Shown: positions 10,536-19,658, counted from the stretch's first letter. The stretch is 64,000 bases of DNA from Lachnospirales bacterium (GCA_047974615.1 JBKECM010000082.1:30488-94487), one strand, 5' to 3'. Numbers and translations: made by a program. Notes: generated by a model from the letters alone, not told the origin.

Positions 10536-10561
10536 TTTTTCTCCTAAAGTTAAATAATTTT

Positions 10562-10774
10562 TTATATGATAGTAATAAGCAATAAAACACTTAAAATTAT
10601 CAAAATTACACTAAAAAATATTAAAAGTCTTCTGTATTTTTTTGCTTTTTTGTTATGTCTGTCTATTTCTAATTTTTTTTGAAAATTAGCTGAATATTCA
10701 TCTAAGTCAAAATCGTCAAAATCATACTTAATAATAATCATATTTTGTGTAAACCGTTTTATAACATCTTTCAT
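10562..10774 (-). CDS. Small C-terminally anchored membrane protein
   Basis: 70 aa, RBS AGGGAG, single C-terminal TM helix. Upstream of and co-oriented with the lipoprotein gene. Confidence 0.5.
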   Translation of the reverse strand: MKDVIKRFTQNMIIIKYDFDDFDLDEYSANFQKKLEIDRHNKKAKKYRRLLIFFSVILIILSVLLLITII

Positions 10775-10791
10775 ATGTTTCTCCCTATATA

Positions 10792-10820
10792 TTGCAATTT
10801 TTTTTGTTGCGTGGTATAAT
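10792..10820 (+). promoter_or_regulatory. Sigma-A type promoter of the ECF sigma operon
   Basis: TTGCAA - 17 nt - TGgTATAAT (extended -10), about 60 nt upstream of the start codon. Confidence 0.65.
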
Positions 10821-10881
10821 CACTTTAAATGTTATAGTTACATTTTAACATACTTTAACTAAATAATAAAGAGGTGATTTA

Positions 10882-11469
10882 ATGAGTTATGAAGAAGATT
10901 TTGCCCTTGTTAAAAATGCACTAAAAAAAGATAAATTTAGTTTTGAAACTTTAGTTAAAAAGTACGAAAAACTTGTTTATAGTATTGCCTATAGAATGTT
11001 TAATAACAGAGAAGATGCAGAAGATATTACTCAAAATGTTTTCATTAAAGTATACAATAAACTTGATACCTTTAATGAAGGACAATCTTTTAAAGCTTGG
11101 ATTTCTACTGTAACAACAAATTCATGTATTGATGAACTTAGAAAAAGAAAAAATAAGAGTACAATAAGTATTGATAAAACAATTGATGGTGAGGATAATG
11201 AGTTTATGTTTGAGTTGCCTTCAAATGAAATAACACCTATAGACCAACTTGTAAATAAAGAAAGACGTAGTATTATTCTTGAGTCTATTTGTGAACTTAA
11301 AAAATCTAATAAACAACTCATTATACTTAGAGATATTAATGATTTGTCATATGAAGAAATAGCTTTACACTTAGATATGAATATTGGAACTGTAAAATCG
11401 AAAATATCTCGTAGTAGACTTAAACTAAAAAATATTATTATGGAAAAAATGGAACAAATAGAAAAATAA
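10882..11469 (+). CDS. ECF-family RNA polymerase sigma-70 factor
   Basis: 195 aa. Region 2 (EDAEDITQNVFIKVY) and region 4 HTH (LSYEEIALHLDMNIGTVKSKISRSR). Confidence 0.9.
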   Translation: MSYEEDFALVKNALKKDKFSFETLVKKYEKLVYSIAYRMFNNREDAEDITQNVFIKVYNKLDTFNEGQSFKAWISTVTTNSCIDELRKRKNKSTISIDKTIDGEDNEFMFELPSNEITPIDQLVNKERRSIILESICELKKSNKQLIILRDINDLSYEEIALHLDMNIGTVKSKISRSRLKLKNIIMEKMEQIEK

Positions 11470-11500
11470 ATCGTTTTTTAACAAAGGAGGTGCTATATAA

Positions 11501-14185
11501 ATGGAAGAAATAAAAGAAACAATTTCCTGTGAAGAATTTGAACTTATGCTAGTGGATAATTATGAAGGATTACTTACTGAAGAAGAAAAAGTTGCTTTTA
11601 AAGCACATAAAAAACAATGTAAAAAATGTAAAAAATCATTTAAACTTTTTAAAGAAATGATGGAAACTTTAAAAAATGATTCTGTAGACCTACCGGAAGG
11701 TTTTCATAGTAGACTTATGGATAAAATTGGTTCTGAATGTTTTTTTAATGATAAAGTTGAAAATGAAGATTCTATTATCATTAATGATATTGAAGTTATA
11801 AAAACTGATTTATCTGAAGATATTGAAAAAATTGAAGATACTGAAGCTATTGAAAAGATGGATACTGATTTAGATGAAAATGTTATAGGAGAACAAAATC
11901 AAGAAATTGAAAATGTTGACCAGGTAAAAGAAGATTTAGATAATAAAGAAAAAATTTCTGCTTTTGTTACTTCGTTCAAAGATAAAGCTAAAGGAACAGT
12001 TGATTTTGTTGTAACTTCAACGGAAGGCGTAAAAGAGAAGGTTTCAGAAAAAGTTTCGGAAGTTGTTCATAATAAAGATAATGAGAATGCTGAAGTACAA
12101 AAGGTAATAAAGGAAGAACATACAGAAGAGGTTGCTATTGTTGAGGCTGCATCTATTGATACTGAAGAAAAAGTAAAGACAAGCTTTACCGATAAGATTA
12201 CTGATTTCTTTGGTATGAAAAAGAAAACTTTAGGGTTTGTTGTGGCTGCTTGTTGTTGTATTATAGCTGTACCTATTATTGCTTCTGTTATGGATTTTGG
12301 TGTTGGAAGTACTGGTACTGATTATGCTGTAGAGAGTACAGGTGCTGAAACTTCTAATCTTATGGAGTTAGCTGAAGATTCTGAAAGTGATTTAAGCGAT
12401 GAAGTTGTTGCAGGTGGAACAACTCCACAAGTTAGTAGTGCAAAAGCAAGTGTTGATAGAGCAGTTTTTGAGAAATATGTTGTTGATGATAGCTTTAAAA
12501 CAGGTAATTTCAATTTAGTATATGAAAACAACCAAAAATTTGCTAATACTCTTTTTGCAAAAATAAATGCTGATGAAAATATGCGTGTTTTAAATGAGCA
12601 ACTTAGTAAAAGAGAATCAAATAGTGTTGGTACTACAACTTATAAACAAGGTGATTTTTTTGATATTTATGGTGACGATTTAGAAAGCTATAATTTTAAT
12701 CATAATGATATACCTTATGTTGTAGAAGAATATAATGCTCATATGATTTCTATTACTAACCAAATTAATTTACTTGATGATGCTAAAGATAACTTGAGTA
12801 ATAAAGAGGCTAGTAAGCTTGAAACAGAAATACTACTGCTTGAGTCACAAAGAGATGCATATATGGCTGAATTTCAAAGGATTGAAAGCTCTTTGGGTAA
12901 CTATGCATACTCTATTACAGTTTCTAACTATGATAATGTATGGAGAGATGGATTTTTTACTACTATAATAAATGATCTTACGAATTCTATAAATTTTTCT
13001 TTCGTATTAGTGTTAATACTTTTTGCAATAACTGTTATCTTACTTATTTTACAAAAAGTGTTTAATCAAAAAATCGATGAAATTGACTTAAAAAAGCATT
13101 ACAGTAAATTTTTAAAAGGTGCTTTAGCAATTACCTTTTTAAGTACTTTAATATTTGTAATTTCTTCAGTGTTTGAAACATATGATAGTGGATATAGTAC
13201 AGGGGTTGGAATTTTAAATGATTTTTTATATACTAAAGATGTTACTGAAAGTGCAACATCTGAAGTTGATGAAGTAAGTAATTCTGCATATAGCGAATAT
13301 GAAGAACAGGTTGCTTATAGTGGATATGTATCATTAGAGATTAAAAATTTACAAAAGGCATCGAATAGTGTAGATGAAATAATTGATACCTATGATGTAA
13401 AGGTAGAAGATAGCTCATATTCAAATGGTGATTTTGATTATATGTATATGACTTTACGTGTTCCAAATGATAGCTATGATGAAGTTTATAACAAGCTTTT
13501 AACTTTAGGTACTGTTGTCGAATCAAATAAGAGTATGGAAAACTATACTGATACTTTAACTACTTTAGAGTTTGAAACTTCAAATTTGAAAAATACTATT
13601 GAAACTTATAAAGATAGTGTTAGTGATTTTACTAAGGCAGATGATATTATTAATATTGCTAGTACTATTAGCTCTTTGGAATATGACCAATATTATAATG
13701 ATACTATGGCTTTAGCTTTACAAGATAAGGTTGACTATAGCACAATAAACTTAACTTTAGCTAAAACTAATTCAGGTATTGTATTTTTACAACCTAGTTT
13801 CTATGGTGATATTATTGGTACTGTATTTAGAATATTTGCATACATTCTATCCTTTGCGTTACTTATCTTTTTACCAATAATAGTTATTTATTTATTTAAT
13901 AGAATAGCTATTAAAGTATTTAAGATAGTAAGATTTAAAAAAATTACAAGTGGCGATGAAAGTAAAAATCCTTTTGTTAAAATAAAAAATAAAGTTTCTA
14001 AGTCAAATGTAATAGAAGAAACTGTTGTTAATAGTGATACTGAAAATTTAAATAATGAAATAGAAAACAATAAGGAATCCGAAGTTATTGAAAATACAGA
14101 TATTACTGTTGCAAATACTGACACCGATGATAATCTTGAAGTTTTAAATTTTTCTGATAAATATGCAAAAGATGATGAAAAATAA
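11501..14185 (+). CDS. Anti-sigma factor, zf-HC2 N-terminus with membrane-embedded DUF4349-like C-terminal region
   Basis: N-terminal H-x3-C-x2-C (HKKQCKKC), long acidic linker, several TM helices, and a DUF4349-like block (..MTLRVPNDSYDEVYNKLLTLGTVV..). Translationally adjacent to the sigma gene. Confidence 0.7.
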   Translation: MEEIKETISCEEFELMLVDNYEGLLTEEEKVAFKAHKKQCKKCKKSFKLFKEMMETLKNDSVDLPEGFHSRLMDKIGSECFFNDKVENEDSIIINDIEVIKTDLSEDIEKIEDTEAIEKMDTDLDENVIGEQNQEIENVDQVKEDLDNKEKISAFVTSFKDKAKGTVDFVVTSTEGVKEKVSEKVSEVVHNKDNENAEVQKVIKEEHTEEVAIVEAASIDTEEKVKTSFTDKITDFFGMKKKTLGFVVAACCCIIAVPIIASVMDFGVGSTGTDYAVESTGAETSNLMELAEDSESDLSDEVVAGGTTPQVSSAKASVDRAVFEKYVVDDSFKTGNFNLVYENNQKFANTLFAKINADENMRVLNEQLSKRESNSVGTTTYKQGDFFDIYGDDLESYNFNHNDIPYVVEEYNAHMISITNQINLLDDAKDNLSNKEASKLETEILLLESQRDAYMAEFQRIESSLGNYAYSITVSNYDNVWRDGFFTTIINDLTNSINFSFVLVLILFAITVILLILQKVFNQKIDEIDLKKHYSKFLKGALAITFLSTLIFVISSVFETYDSGYSTGVGILNDFLYTKDVTESATSEVDEVSNSAYSEYEEQVAYSGYVSLEIKNLQKASNSVDEIIDTYDVKVEDSSYSNGDFDYMYMTLRVPNDSYDEVYNKLLTLGTVVESNKSMENYTDTLTTLEFETSNLKNTIETYKDSVSDFTKADDIINIASTISSLEYDQYYNDTMALALQDKVDYSTINLTLAKTNSGIVFLQPSFYGDIIGTVFRIFAYILSFALLIFLPIIVIYLFNRIAIKVFKIVRFKKITSGDESKNPFVKIKNKVSKSNVIEETVVNSDTENLNNEIENNKESEVIENTDITVANTDTDDNLEVLNFSDKYAKDDEK

Positions 14186-14196
14186 ATTTAATTTTA

Positions 14197-14247
14197 CAGA
14201 TTAAACCTCGCCTCTAAGCGTTAGCATAGGCGGTGGGAAATGCTAAC
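14197..14247 (+). repeat. GC-rich ~50-nt repeat module X
   Basis: CAGATTAAACCTCGCCTCTAAGCGTTAGCATAGGCGG.. is homologous to the reverse complement of 32934-32978 (inside F2-c). Contains GTTAGCAT/ATGCTAAC 8-bp stem. Confidence 0.6.
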
Positions 14248-14289
14248 TTGTAGTTATTTGACTTTGTTATAAAAAAGTTTTCAATTTTT

Positions 14290-14315
14290 GGAACTTTATT
14301 ATAAAATATACGTAC
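14290..14315 (+). promoter_or_regulatory. ECF-sigma type promoter upstream of the SIMPL gene
   Basis: GGAAC - 16 nt - CGTAC, 37 nt upstream of ATG 14352. Matches the generic ECF -35 GGAAC / -10 CGT pattern. Confidence 0.55.
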
Positions 14316-14351
14316 AAGATAATGAAACACATATTTAAGGAGGAAATTATT

Positions 14352-15107
14352 ATGAAATTTAAAAAACTTTTTATCGGAACACTTGTTGCATCAATGTTAA
14401 TGGCTCAAAGCATTTTTGCAAGTACTACTCTTACTGTTAATGGTGCTTATGAAGCAAAAACAGAAGCAAATGCAGGAAATATATTATTTGATCTTACAGT
14501 AAAGGGTGAAACTGCTAGTGAGTCAAGAACTGCTGCTATAAAAGAGCTAAACGTTATTGTAGAGAAATTACTTGCTACTAACTATGGCTTAACTAAGGAA
14601 GATATCGTGTTGACTAGCCAAAACACATGGGAGTCTTATGATTATTTACCTGTTGAACCAATGCTTGTTGAAGACAGTATGGCAACAATAGCGTATGAAG
14701 AAAATTATGGTGTAGTAGGTTATGAAACATATCTTAGCGTTGCTGTAAATGTTGATGATATAGATAAGGTTTCTGATGTATATGACTTTATTTTAGCTAG
14801 TAGTGATAAAGTTACTGGTGCTTGGGTTGACTATGTATTAGAAGATGATGATGCTACATACTATGATGCTTTAGATAAAGCTATTGATGAAGCTTATGAA
14901 AATGGTGAAAAATTAGGTAAAAGATTATTCCCAGGTAAAGCATTTAAAGTAGTTTCAGTTACTGAAGCTAGCACAAACTATTCATATTCTACTTATTATG
15001 GTGCACCTATTAAAATTGAAAATAGTGCTCCAGGTACAATAGGAGCTACTTTACCTGATGTAACTACTTATGCAAATGTTATTGTTACATTTGAATTTGA
15101 AGACTAA
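14352..15107 (+). CDS. SIMPL/DUF541-domain secreted protein
   Basis: Signal peptide (MKFKKLFIGTLVASMLMAQSIFA). SIMPL-like layout (TLTVNG..A.A..A.....A..). Start at ATG 14352 behind AAGGAGG. Confidence 0.6.
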   Translation: MKFKKLFIGTLVASMLMAQSIFASTTLTVNGAYEAKTEANAGNILFDLTVKGETASESRTAAIKELNVIVEKLLATNYGLTKEDIVLTSQNTWESYDYLPVEPMLVEDSMATIAYEENYGVVGYETYLSVAVNVDDIDKVSDVYDFILASSDKVTGAWVDYVLEDDDATYYDALDKAIDEAYENGEKLGKRLFPGKAFKVVSVTEASTNYSYSTYYGAPIKIENSAPGTIGATLPDVTTYANVIVTFEFED

Positions 15108-15155
15108 TATTAAGATTTAATTTTATCTTATAGATTAGACTAATTAAATAGTAAT

Positions 15156-15192
15156 AAAAATAGTGTTAATGAGAAATCATTGCACTATTTTT
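15156..15192 (+). terminator. Intrinsic terminator after the SIMPL gene
   Basis: AAAAATAGTG..TAATGA-GAAA-TCATT..CACTATTTTT hairpin plus T-run. Confidence 0.7.
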
Positions 15193-15253
15193 TATTATAA
15201 ATAAATATTTAATATTTTAAAATTTATAAATATAATAAATATAAATAAATATA

Positions 15254-15282
15254 TTGCTTTTTACAATAATTTGTATTATAAT
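15254..15282 (+). promoter_or_regulatory. Sigma-A type promoter
   Basis: TTGCTT - 17 nt - TATAAT. Leaves a ~170-nt AT-rich leader before ATG 15458. Confidence 0.5.
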
Positions 15283-15457
15283 GCAAGTTGTAAATATAAT
15301 TTATTATGTATTTTTTTGTTAAAAAAAACATTATTTAGGTTTTAACTAAAAAATACTAGTAAAGATATAAAGTTCGAAGAATTTTTATATAAATTAAAAT
15401 TAACTATATAATTTATATTTACTTACTTTATGGGTTATGTGAAAGAGAGGTCAAAAA

Positions 15458-16729
15458 ATGGCGAACAATCAAGAAATGTGGAAAGATTTGGGAATGAATT
15501 TAGAAACACATGATTTACTATGTCAAGTATTACCTATGGCATTTGGAGATGTATATTTATCTCAAGAGAATAGACCTACCTCTATGGATTTTTGGGACAT
15601 GGTAGTTTCTGATATTCATGGTATAAGACCTTCGGAGTTAATTGAAGCTCAAAAAAATGGACAAAAAGTTTTTGGTACTTTTTGCGTTTTTGTTCCTGAT
15701 GAAGTTGTTATTGCAGCTAATGGTATTGTTACAGGTCTTTGTGGTGGATCACAATTTTGGGTACCAGATGGAGAAAAGGTTTTACCGAAAAGTACATGTC
15801 CACTTGTGAAAGCTTCTGTTGGTGCAAGGCTTGGCAAAACATGTCCATTTTTTAGAATAGCTGATATGTATGTTGGTGAAACGACTTGCGATGCTAAGAA
15901 AAAAGCTTGGGAGATTTTAGGCGAAGATGTTCCTATGCACATTATGGATATGCCACAAATGAAACGTGAAAAAGATATTGTTAAATGGAAAGAAGAAATT
16001 GCAGATTTTGCCAAAGCTGTAGAAGGTGTTACAGGTAATACAATTACTTCAGAAAAACTTAAAGAGTCTATTGAAATTGTAAACAATAAAAGAAAAGCAT
16101 TAGAACGTGTTTATGAAGCTAGAAAAGATAAAAATATACCTATAAGCGGTAAAGATGCACTTTTAATGATGCAAATTGCATTTTTTGACGATCCTAAACG
16201 TTGTGCTGATATGGCAAATCGCTTAGCTGATGAATTAGAACAAAGAAATAAAGACGGTGTTTCTGCGTTCCCTAAAGGCGTAAAACGTATTTTAGTTTCC
16301 GGTACTCCTATGGCTATTCCAAATTGGAAATTACATCATATTATTGAAACTTCTGGTGCAGCTGTAGTTTGTGAAGAAACTTGTACTGGTACTCGTTACT
16401 TTGAAAGAGAAGTTGATAACTCTAAAGATACTTTAGATGAACAATATATGGCACTTGCTAACCGTTATATGGGTATAAACTGTGCTTGTTTTACACCGAA
16501 TACTGGTAGAATAGATGATGTAGTACGTTTAGCTAAAGAATATAATGTTGATGGTGTTATAGATGTAAACCTAAAATTCTGTTGTTTATATGATACAGAA
16601 GGTTACACTTTAGAAAAAGCTTTAAAAGAAGCGGGTATACCTGTTTTAGGCGTTGAAACAGATTACGCTGATTCTGATGCAGAACAGTTACGTACTAGAA
16701 TAGATGCTTTTATTGAAATGTTAGGTTAA
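15458..16729 (+). CDS. 2-hydroxyacyl-CoA dehydratase (BcrC/BadD/HgdB) family protein, double-cubane-cluster type
   Basis: 423 aa, family-typical Cys-rich blocks (GLCGG, KSTCPL, GETTCDAKKK, CEETCTG, LKFCCLYD). No activator ATPase adjacent. Confidence 0.75.
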   Translation: MANNQEMWKDLGMNLETHDLLCQVLPMAFGDVYLSQENRPTSMDFWDMVVSDIHGIRPSELIEAQKNGQKVFGTFCVFVPDEVVIAANGIVTGLCGGSQFWVPDGEKVLPKSTCPLVKASVGARLGKTCPFFRIADMYVGETTCDAKKKAWEILGEDVPMHIMDMPQMKREKDIVKWKEEIADFAKAVEGVTGNTITSEKLKESIEIVNNKRKALERVYEARKDKNIPISGKDALLMMQIAFFDDPKRCADMANRLADELEQRNKDGVSAFPKGVKRILVSGTPMAIPNWKLHHIIETSGAAVVCEETCTGTRYFEREVDNSKDTLDEQYMALANRYMGINCACFTPNTGRIDDVVRLAKEYNVDGVIDVNLKFCCLYDTEGYTLEKALKEAGIPVLGVETDYADSDAEQLRTRIDAFIEMLG

Positions 16730-16734
16730 AATTT

Positions 16735-17004
16735 GTGGAAAAAGAAATAAATTATTATGTATTATTTGAAAACCATACTCATGGTATGATTTTACAAAAA
16801 CTTTTACGAGAAGGTAATGTGCCTTCTCGTATTGCTCCAGCACCAAGATGTACACATAGTACATTAGGTTGTGGAATAGCTTTACTTATTAAAGAAGAGC
16901 ATATTAAGGAAGCAAAAGAAGTCATACATAAAAGCAAAGCTAATTTTATTGAAATAATTGCTCTTGAGAATGAAATAAACCCATTTCGAGATAGGTTTTG
17001 CTAA
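16735..17004 (+). CDS. DUF3343 (putative Se/S carrier-like) protein
   Basis: 89 aa, YYVLFENHTHGM..L...G......APAPR......CGIAL pattern typical of DUF3343. GTG start is the only option upstream of the conserved N-terminus. Confidence 0.6.
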   Translation: MEKEINYYVLFENHTHGMILQKLLREGNVPSRIAPAPRCTHSTLGCGIALLIKEEHIKEAKEVIHKSKANFIEIIALENEINPFRDRFC

Positions 17005-17045
17005 ATTTCAAACCTAAATGTTTTATTACTTACTTTAGGAGGATT

Positions 17046-18194
17046 ATGATTTACTTTGATAATGCAGCAACGTCTTTAAAAAAACCAGATGAAGTTATTG
17101 TAGCTATTACTAATGCACTTAATTCTCTTGGTAATGCCAATAGAGGCGTAAATGAGGCATCTTTGACTGCCAGTAGTTGTATATTTGATGTTAGATATAA
17201 GCTAGCACGATTTTTTAATGCTGAAAGTGTTGATAGAATCGCATTTACTTCTAATTCTACTGAAAGCTTAAACTTAGCAATTAAAGGCTTATTTAAAAAG
17301 GGTGACCATATTATTACTACAGTACTTGAACATAATTCTGTACTTAGACCATTATATGAGTTGGAAGAAAAAGGTGTTAATATATCCTTTGTTAAATGTA
17401 ACGAATTTGGTTGTATAGACTACGATGATTTTGACAAGCTTTGTAATGAAAAAACTAAGGCTATAATATGTACACATGGATCTAATTTGACAGGTAATGT
17501 TATTGATTTAAAAAAAATAAGCCAAATTACTAAGAAAAAAGGTTCGTATTTTATTGTAGATGCTTCACAAACAGCAGGCTTTTTTGACATAGATGTTCAA
17601 GATTTAAACATAGATGTTCTATGTTTTACTGGTCATAAAAGTTTGCTTGGTCCACAGGGTGTTGGTGGTATATATGTTAAAGAAGGTATTGAAATTAAAC
17701 CCTTGAAATCAGGAGGTAGTGGTAATAAGACATATGAAAAGGCACAACCTAAAAGTATGCCAGACTGTTTTGAGGCTGGAACTTTAAATGGGCATGGTAT
17801 CGCTGGCTTAGGTGGTGCTTTAGATTATATAGAAAAAGTTGGAATTGCTCATATACGAAATATTGAAATCGAATTAATGAAATATTTTTATAATAGCATT
17901 AAAGATTTGCCTTGTATTAAAATATTTGGGGATTTTAGAACTTTTGAAAGATGTCCTATTGTAACAATAAATATTGGTAACATTGACTCTGGAGTTGTTG
18001 GAGATGAATTATTTACAAAATATAATATTTCTGTAAGAACAGGTGCACATTGTGTGCCATTACTACATAAATCTTTTAATACCGTAAATCAAGGTGCAGT
18101 TAGATTTAGTTTTTCTCATTATAATACAAAAGAAGAAATCGATATAGCTATATGTGGATTAAAAGAAATATGCAATGCTATAGCAAATAAATAA
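17046..18194 (+). CDS. Class-V aminotransferase / cysteine desulfurase family protein
   Basis: IYFDNAATS N-terminus, PLP-lysine block FTGHKSLLGPQGVGG, C-terminal RTGAHC active-site Cys loop. Start at ATG 17046 behind AGGAGG. Confidence 0.85.
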   Translation: MIYFDNAATSLKKPDEVIVAITNALNSLGNANRGVNEASLTASSCIFDVRYKLARFFNAESVDRIAFTSNSTESLNLAIKGLFKKGDHIITTVLEHNSVLRPLYELEEKGVNISFVKCNEFGCIDYDDFDKLCNEKTKAIICTHGSNLTGNVIDLKKISQITKKKGSYFIVDASQTAGFFDIDVQDLNIDVLCFTGHKSLLGPQGVGGIYVKEGIEIKPLKSGGSGNKTYEKAQPKSMPDCFEAGTLNGHGIAGLGGALDYIEKVGIAHIRNIEIELMKYFYNSIKDLPCIKIFGDFRTFERCPIVTINIGNIDSGVVGDELFTKYNISVRTGAHCVPLLHKSFNTVNQGAVRFSFSHYNTKEEIDIAICGLKEICNAIANK

Positions 18195-18216
18195 GTAGCA
18201 ATACTTTCAAAACAGA

Positions 18217-18256
18217 AAGAGAGTAAAATTCATAATTATGTGAATTTTACTCTCTT
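18217..18256 (+). terminator. Terminator-like hairpin after the desulfurase gene
   Basis: 16-bp perfect stem AAGAGAGTAAAATTCA / TGAATTTTACTCTCTT with an 8-nt loop. The T-run is weak. Confidence 0.55.
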
Positions 18257-18371
18257 ATTAAATTGTATGATTTACCGACTTATCTCAAAAATAAAAGTGG
18301 TAATGCCTAAAAATACACCAGTTTTTTCGTCATAATGCATGGTCAAAAAGTCTGAACAAATGCAATGCATT

Positions 18372-18537
18372 TGGCATTGCCCCAAATATACTAGTATTTT
18401 AGTGAAAAATTAGAAGGGTTTTCCGAAGAAAACTACTGTGAAAAAAATCATCTTTTAGCCATTTTTAGCCTTTTTCACATTTTGCGTTTTAGATTTATAT
18501 ATAAATCTTGGCATAATTGCATTTTACAATGATGCCA
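18372..18537. repeat. Diverged F1-related repeat copy (F1-G)
   Basis: Ends in CATTTTACAATGATGCCA (15/18 match to the F1 terminal repeat). The last ~75 nt are homologous to 46008-46082. The left boundary is uncertain and may extend to TGGTAATGCC at 18297. Confidence 0.55.
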
Positions 18538-18610
18538 AGTTATAAATTGAGAGCTGTGTTCTACATTTTCCAAAGGAAATATAACAATACAATTTTTAAA
18601 AATACTATTA

Positions 18611-18919
18611 TTAGCTTATTGTAGGTAGTGAGTCTAAGTTGTTTGATGTTGTGTTATCAGGTAAAGAACGTAAATATTCTGTTCCTTGATTTGTAGCTAC
18701 ACCTACACCTTTAATATCACCAGATTTTGCCATAGAAATTGCCTGTTGCTTATCTACTACTTGTCCATTTGAAAGTTGATAACCTGTTACTTGGCTTCCA
18801 CTTTTTTGAACTGCAACAATGTCCGAAGCATTTGCTTTTGGTGTAGGAATTTGTGTAAAAGTATTACTTGCTTGGTAAGTTGTACCTTGATTTTGTTGGT
18901 TGTTAGTATTTTGATTCAT
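18611..18919 (-). CDS. DUF3892-domain protein
   Basis: 102 aa. Block VTGYQLSNGQVVDKQQAISMAKSGDIKGVGVATNQGTEYLRSLPD matches the DUF3892 pattern. RBS GAGGTGA. Confidence 0.55.
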   Translation of the reverse strand: MNQNTNNQQNQGTTYQASNTFTQIPTPKANASDIVAVQKSGSQVTGYQLSNGQVVDKQQAISMAKSGDIKGVGVATNQGTEYLRSLPDNTTSNNLDSLPTIS

Positions 18920-19082
18920 ATAATCACCTCATTATTTTTTTATGCTATTTTATAACACGTTGAAAGTATTACCCAATTTATCTTTTTAATACATCTATTT
19001 TTATTTTGGTTAAAATAAATTTTTTTAATTTATAAAATTTTTGTTTTCAAAATTAAGTAGGTTTCTTAATAGCCTTTTAATC

Positions 19083-19111
19083 TTTACATTAAGTTTAAAA
19101 TTTGTTATAAT
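19083..19111 (+). promoter_or_regulatory. Sigma-A type promoter of the nucleoside salvage block
   Basis: TTTACA - 17 nt - TATAAT, about 27 nt upstream of ATG 19138. Confidence 0.65.
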
Positions 19112-19137
19112 ACTCATATTAATAGAGGAGGTTTTTT

Positions 19138-19644
19138 ATGACTACAAAAGATTTAACAAAGGCAGGAATTATAGCCGCATTGGTGTTTTTAGGTACATTT
19201 TTTTTAAAAATTCCTAATCCGGTATCTGGTTATATACATTTAGGTGATACATTTATGTTGTTATCAGGTTTGTTAATAGGTGGACCACTAGGTGGGCTAG
19301 CAAGTGGACTTGGGGCTTTACTTGCTGACCTTTTAAGCGGATATGCTATTTATGCAATTCCTACATTTTTCATTAAATTTTTACAAGTTATGTTTGTGAC
19401 TTTATTATTTAACAAGCTGACTAAAAATAAAGAAAAACCTCGAAGAATGCACATTTTCTTCTTGCTTGCACTGTTTTCCGGGATAATAATGATTACTGGA
19501 TATTTTGCATATGAAGTCTTTTTATATGATTTCAGTGTAGCATTTGCAAATATTTTGTTTAATGCTATTCAAGTTGGTGCTTCTGCTGTACTTGCTACTG
19601 TACTATTAGTACCTATGTTAAAAATTAAAAATATTTTGAAATAA
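19138..19644 (+). CDS. ECF transporter S component (ECF_trnsprt/DUF3816-like), substrate unknown
   Basis: 168 aa, five to six TM helices. [33 protein letters not shown] motif typical of this S-component family. Confidence 0.65.
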   Translation: MTTKDLTKAGIIAALVFLGTFFLKIPNPVSGYIHLGDTFMLLSGLLIGGPLGGLASGLGALLADLLSGYAIYAIPTFFIKFLQVMFVTLLFNKLTKNKEKPRRMHIFFLLALFSGIIMITGYFAYEVFLYDFSVAFANILFNAIQVGASAVLATVLLVPMLKIKNILK

Positions 19645-19658
19645 ATATGGAGGATTTA

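Noticed and set aside
14205-14247. Interleaved stems (CGCCT/AGGCG and GTTAGCAT/ATGCTAAC) that would allow an H-type pseudoknot or a terminator/antiterminator switch.
   Set aside because: The homologous copy at 32934-32978 closes with a different pairing (GATTAGCC/GGCTAATC). The interleaved arrangement is therefore not conserved between the only two copies available.
15108-15457. A 350-bp extremely AT-rich leader upstream of the dehydratase-family gene, examined as a possible riboswitch.
   Set aside because: It is low-complexity ATAAAT-type sequence with no conserved-looking helices or GC-containing stems. A terminator and a promoter account for part of it.
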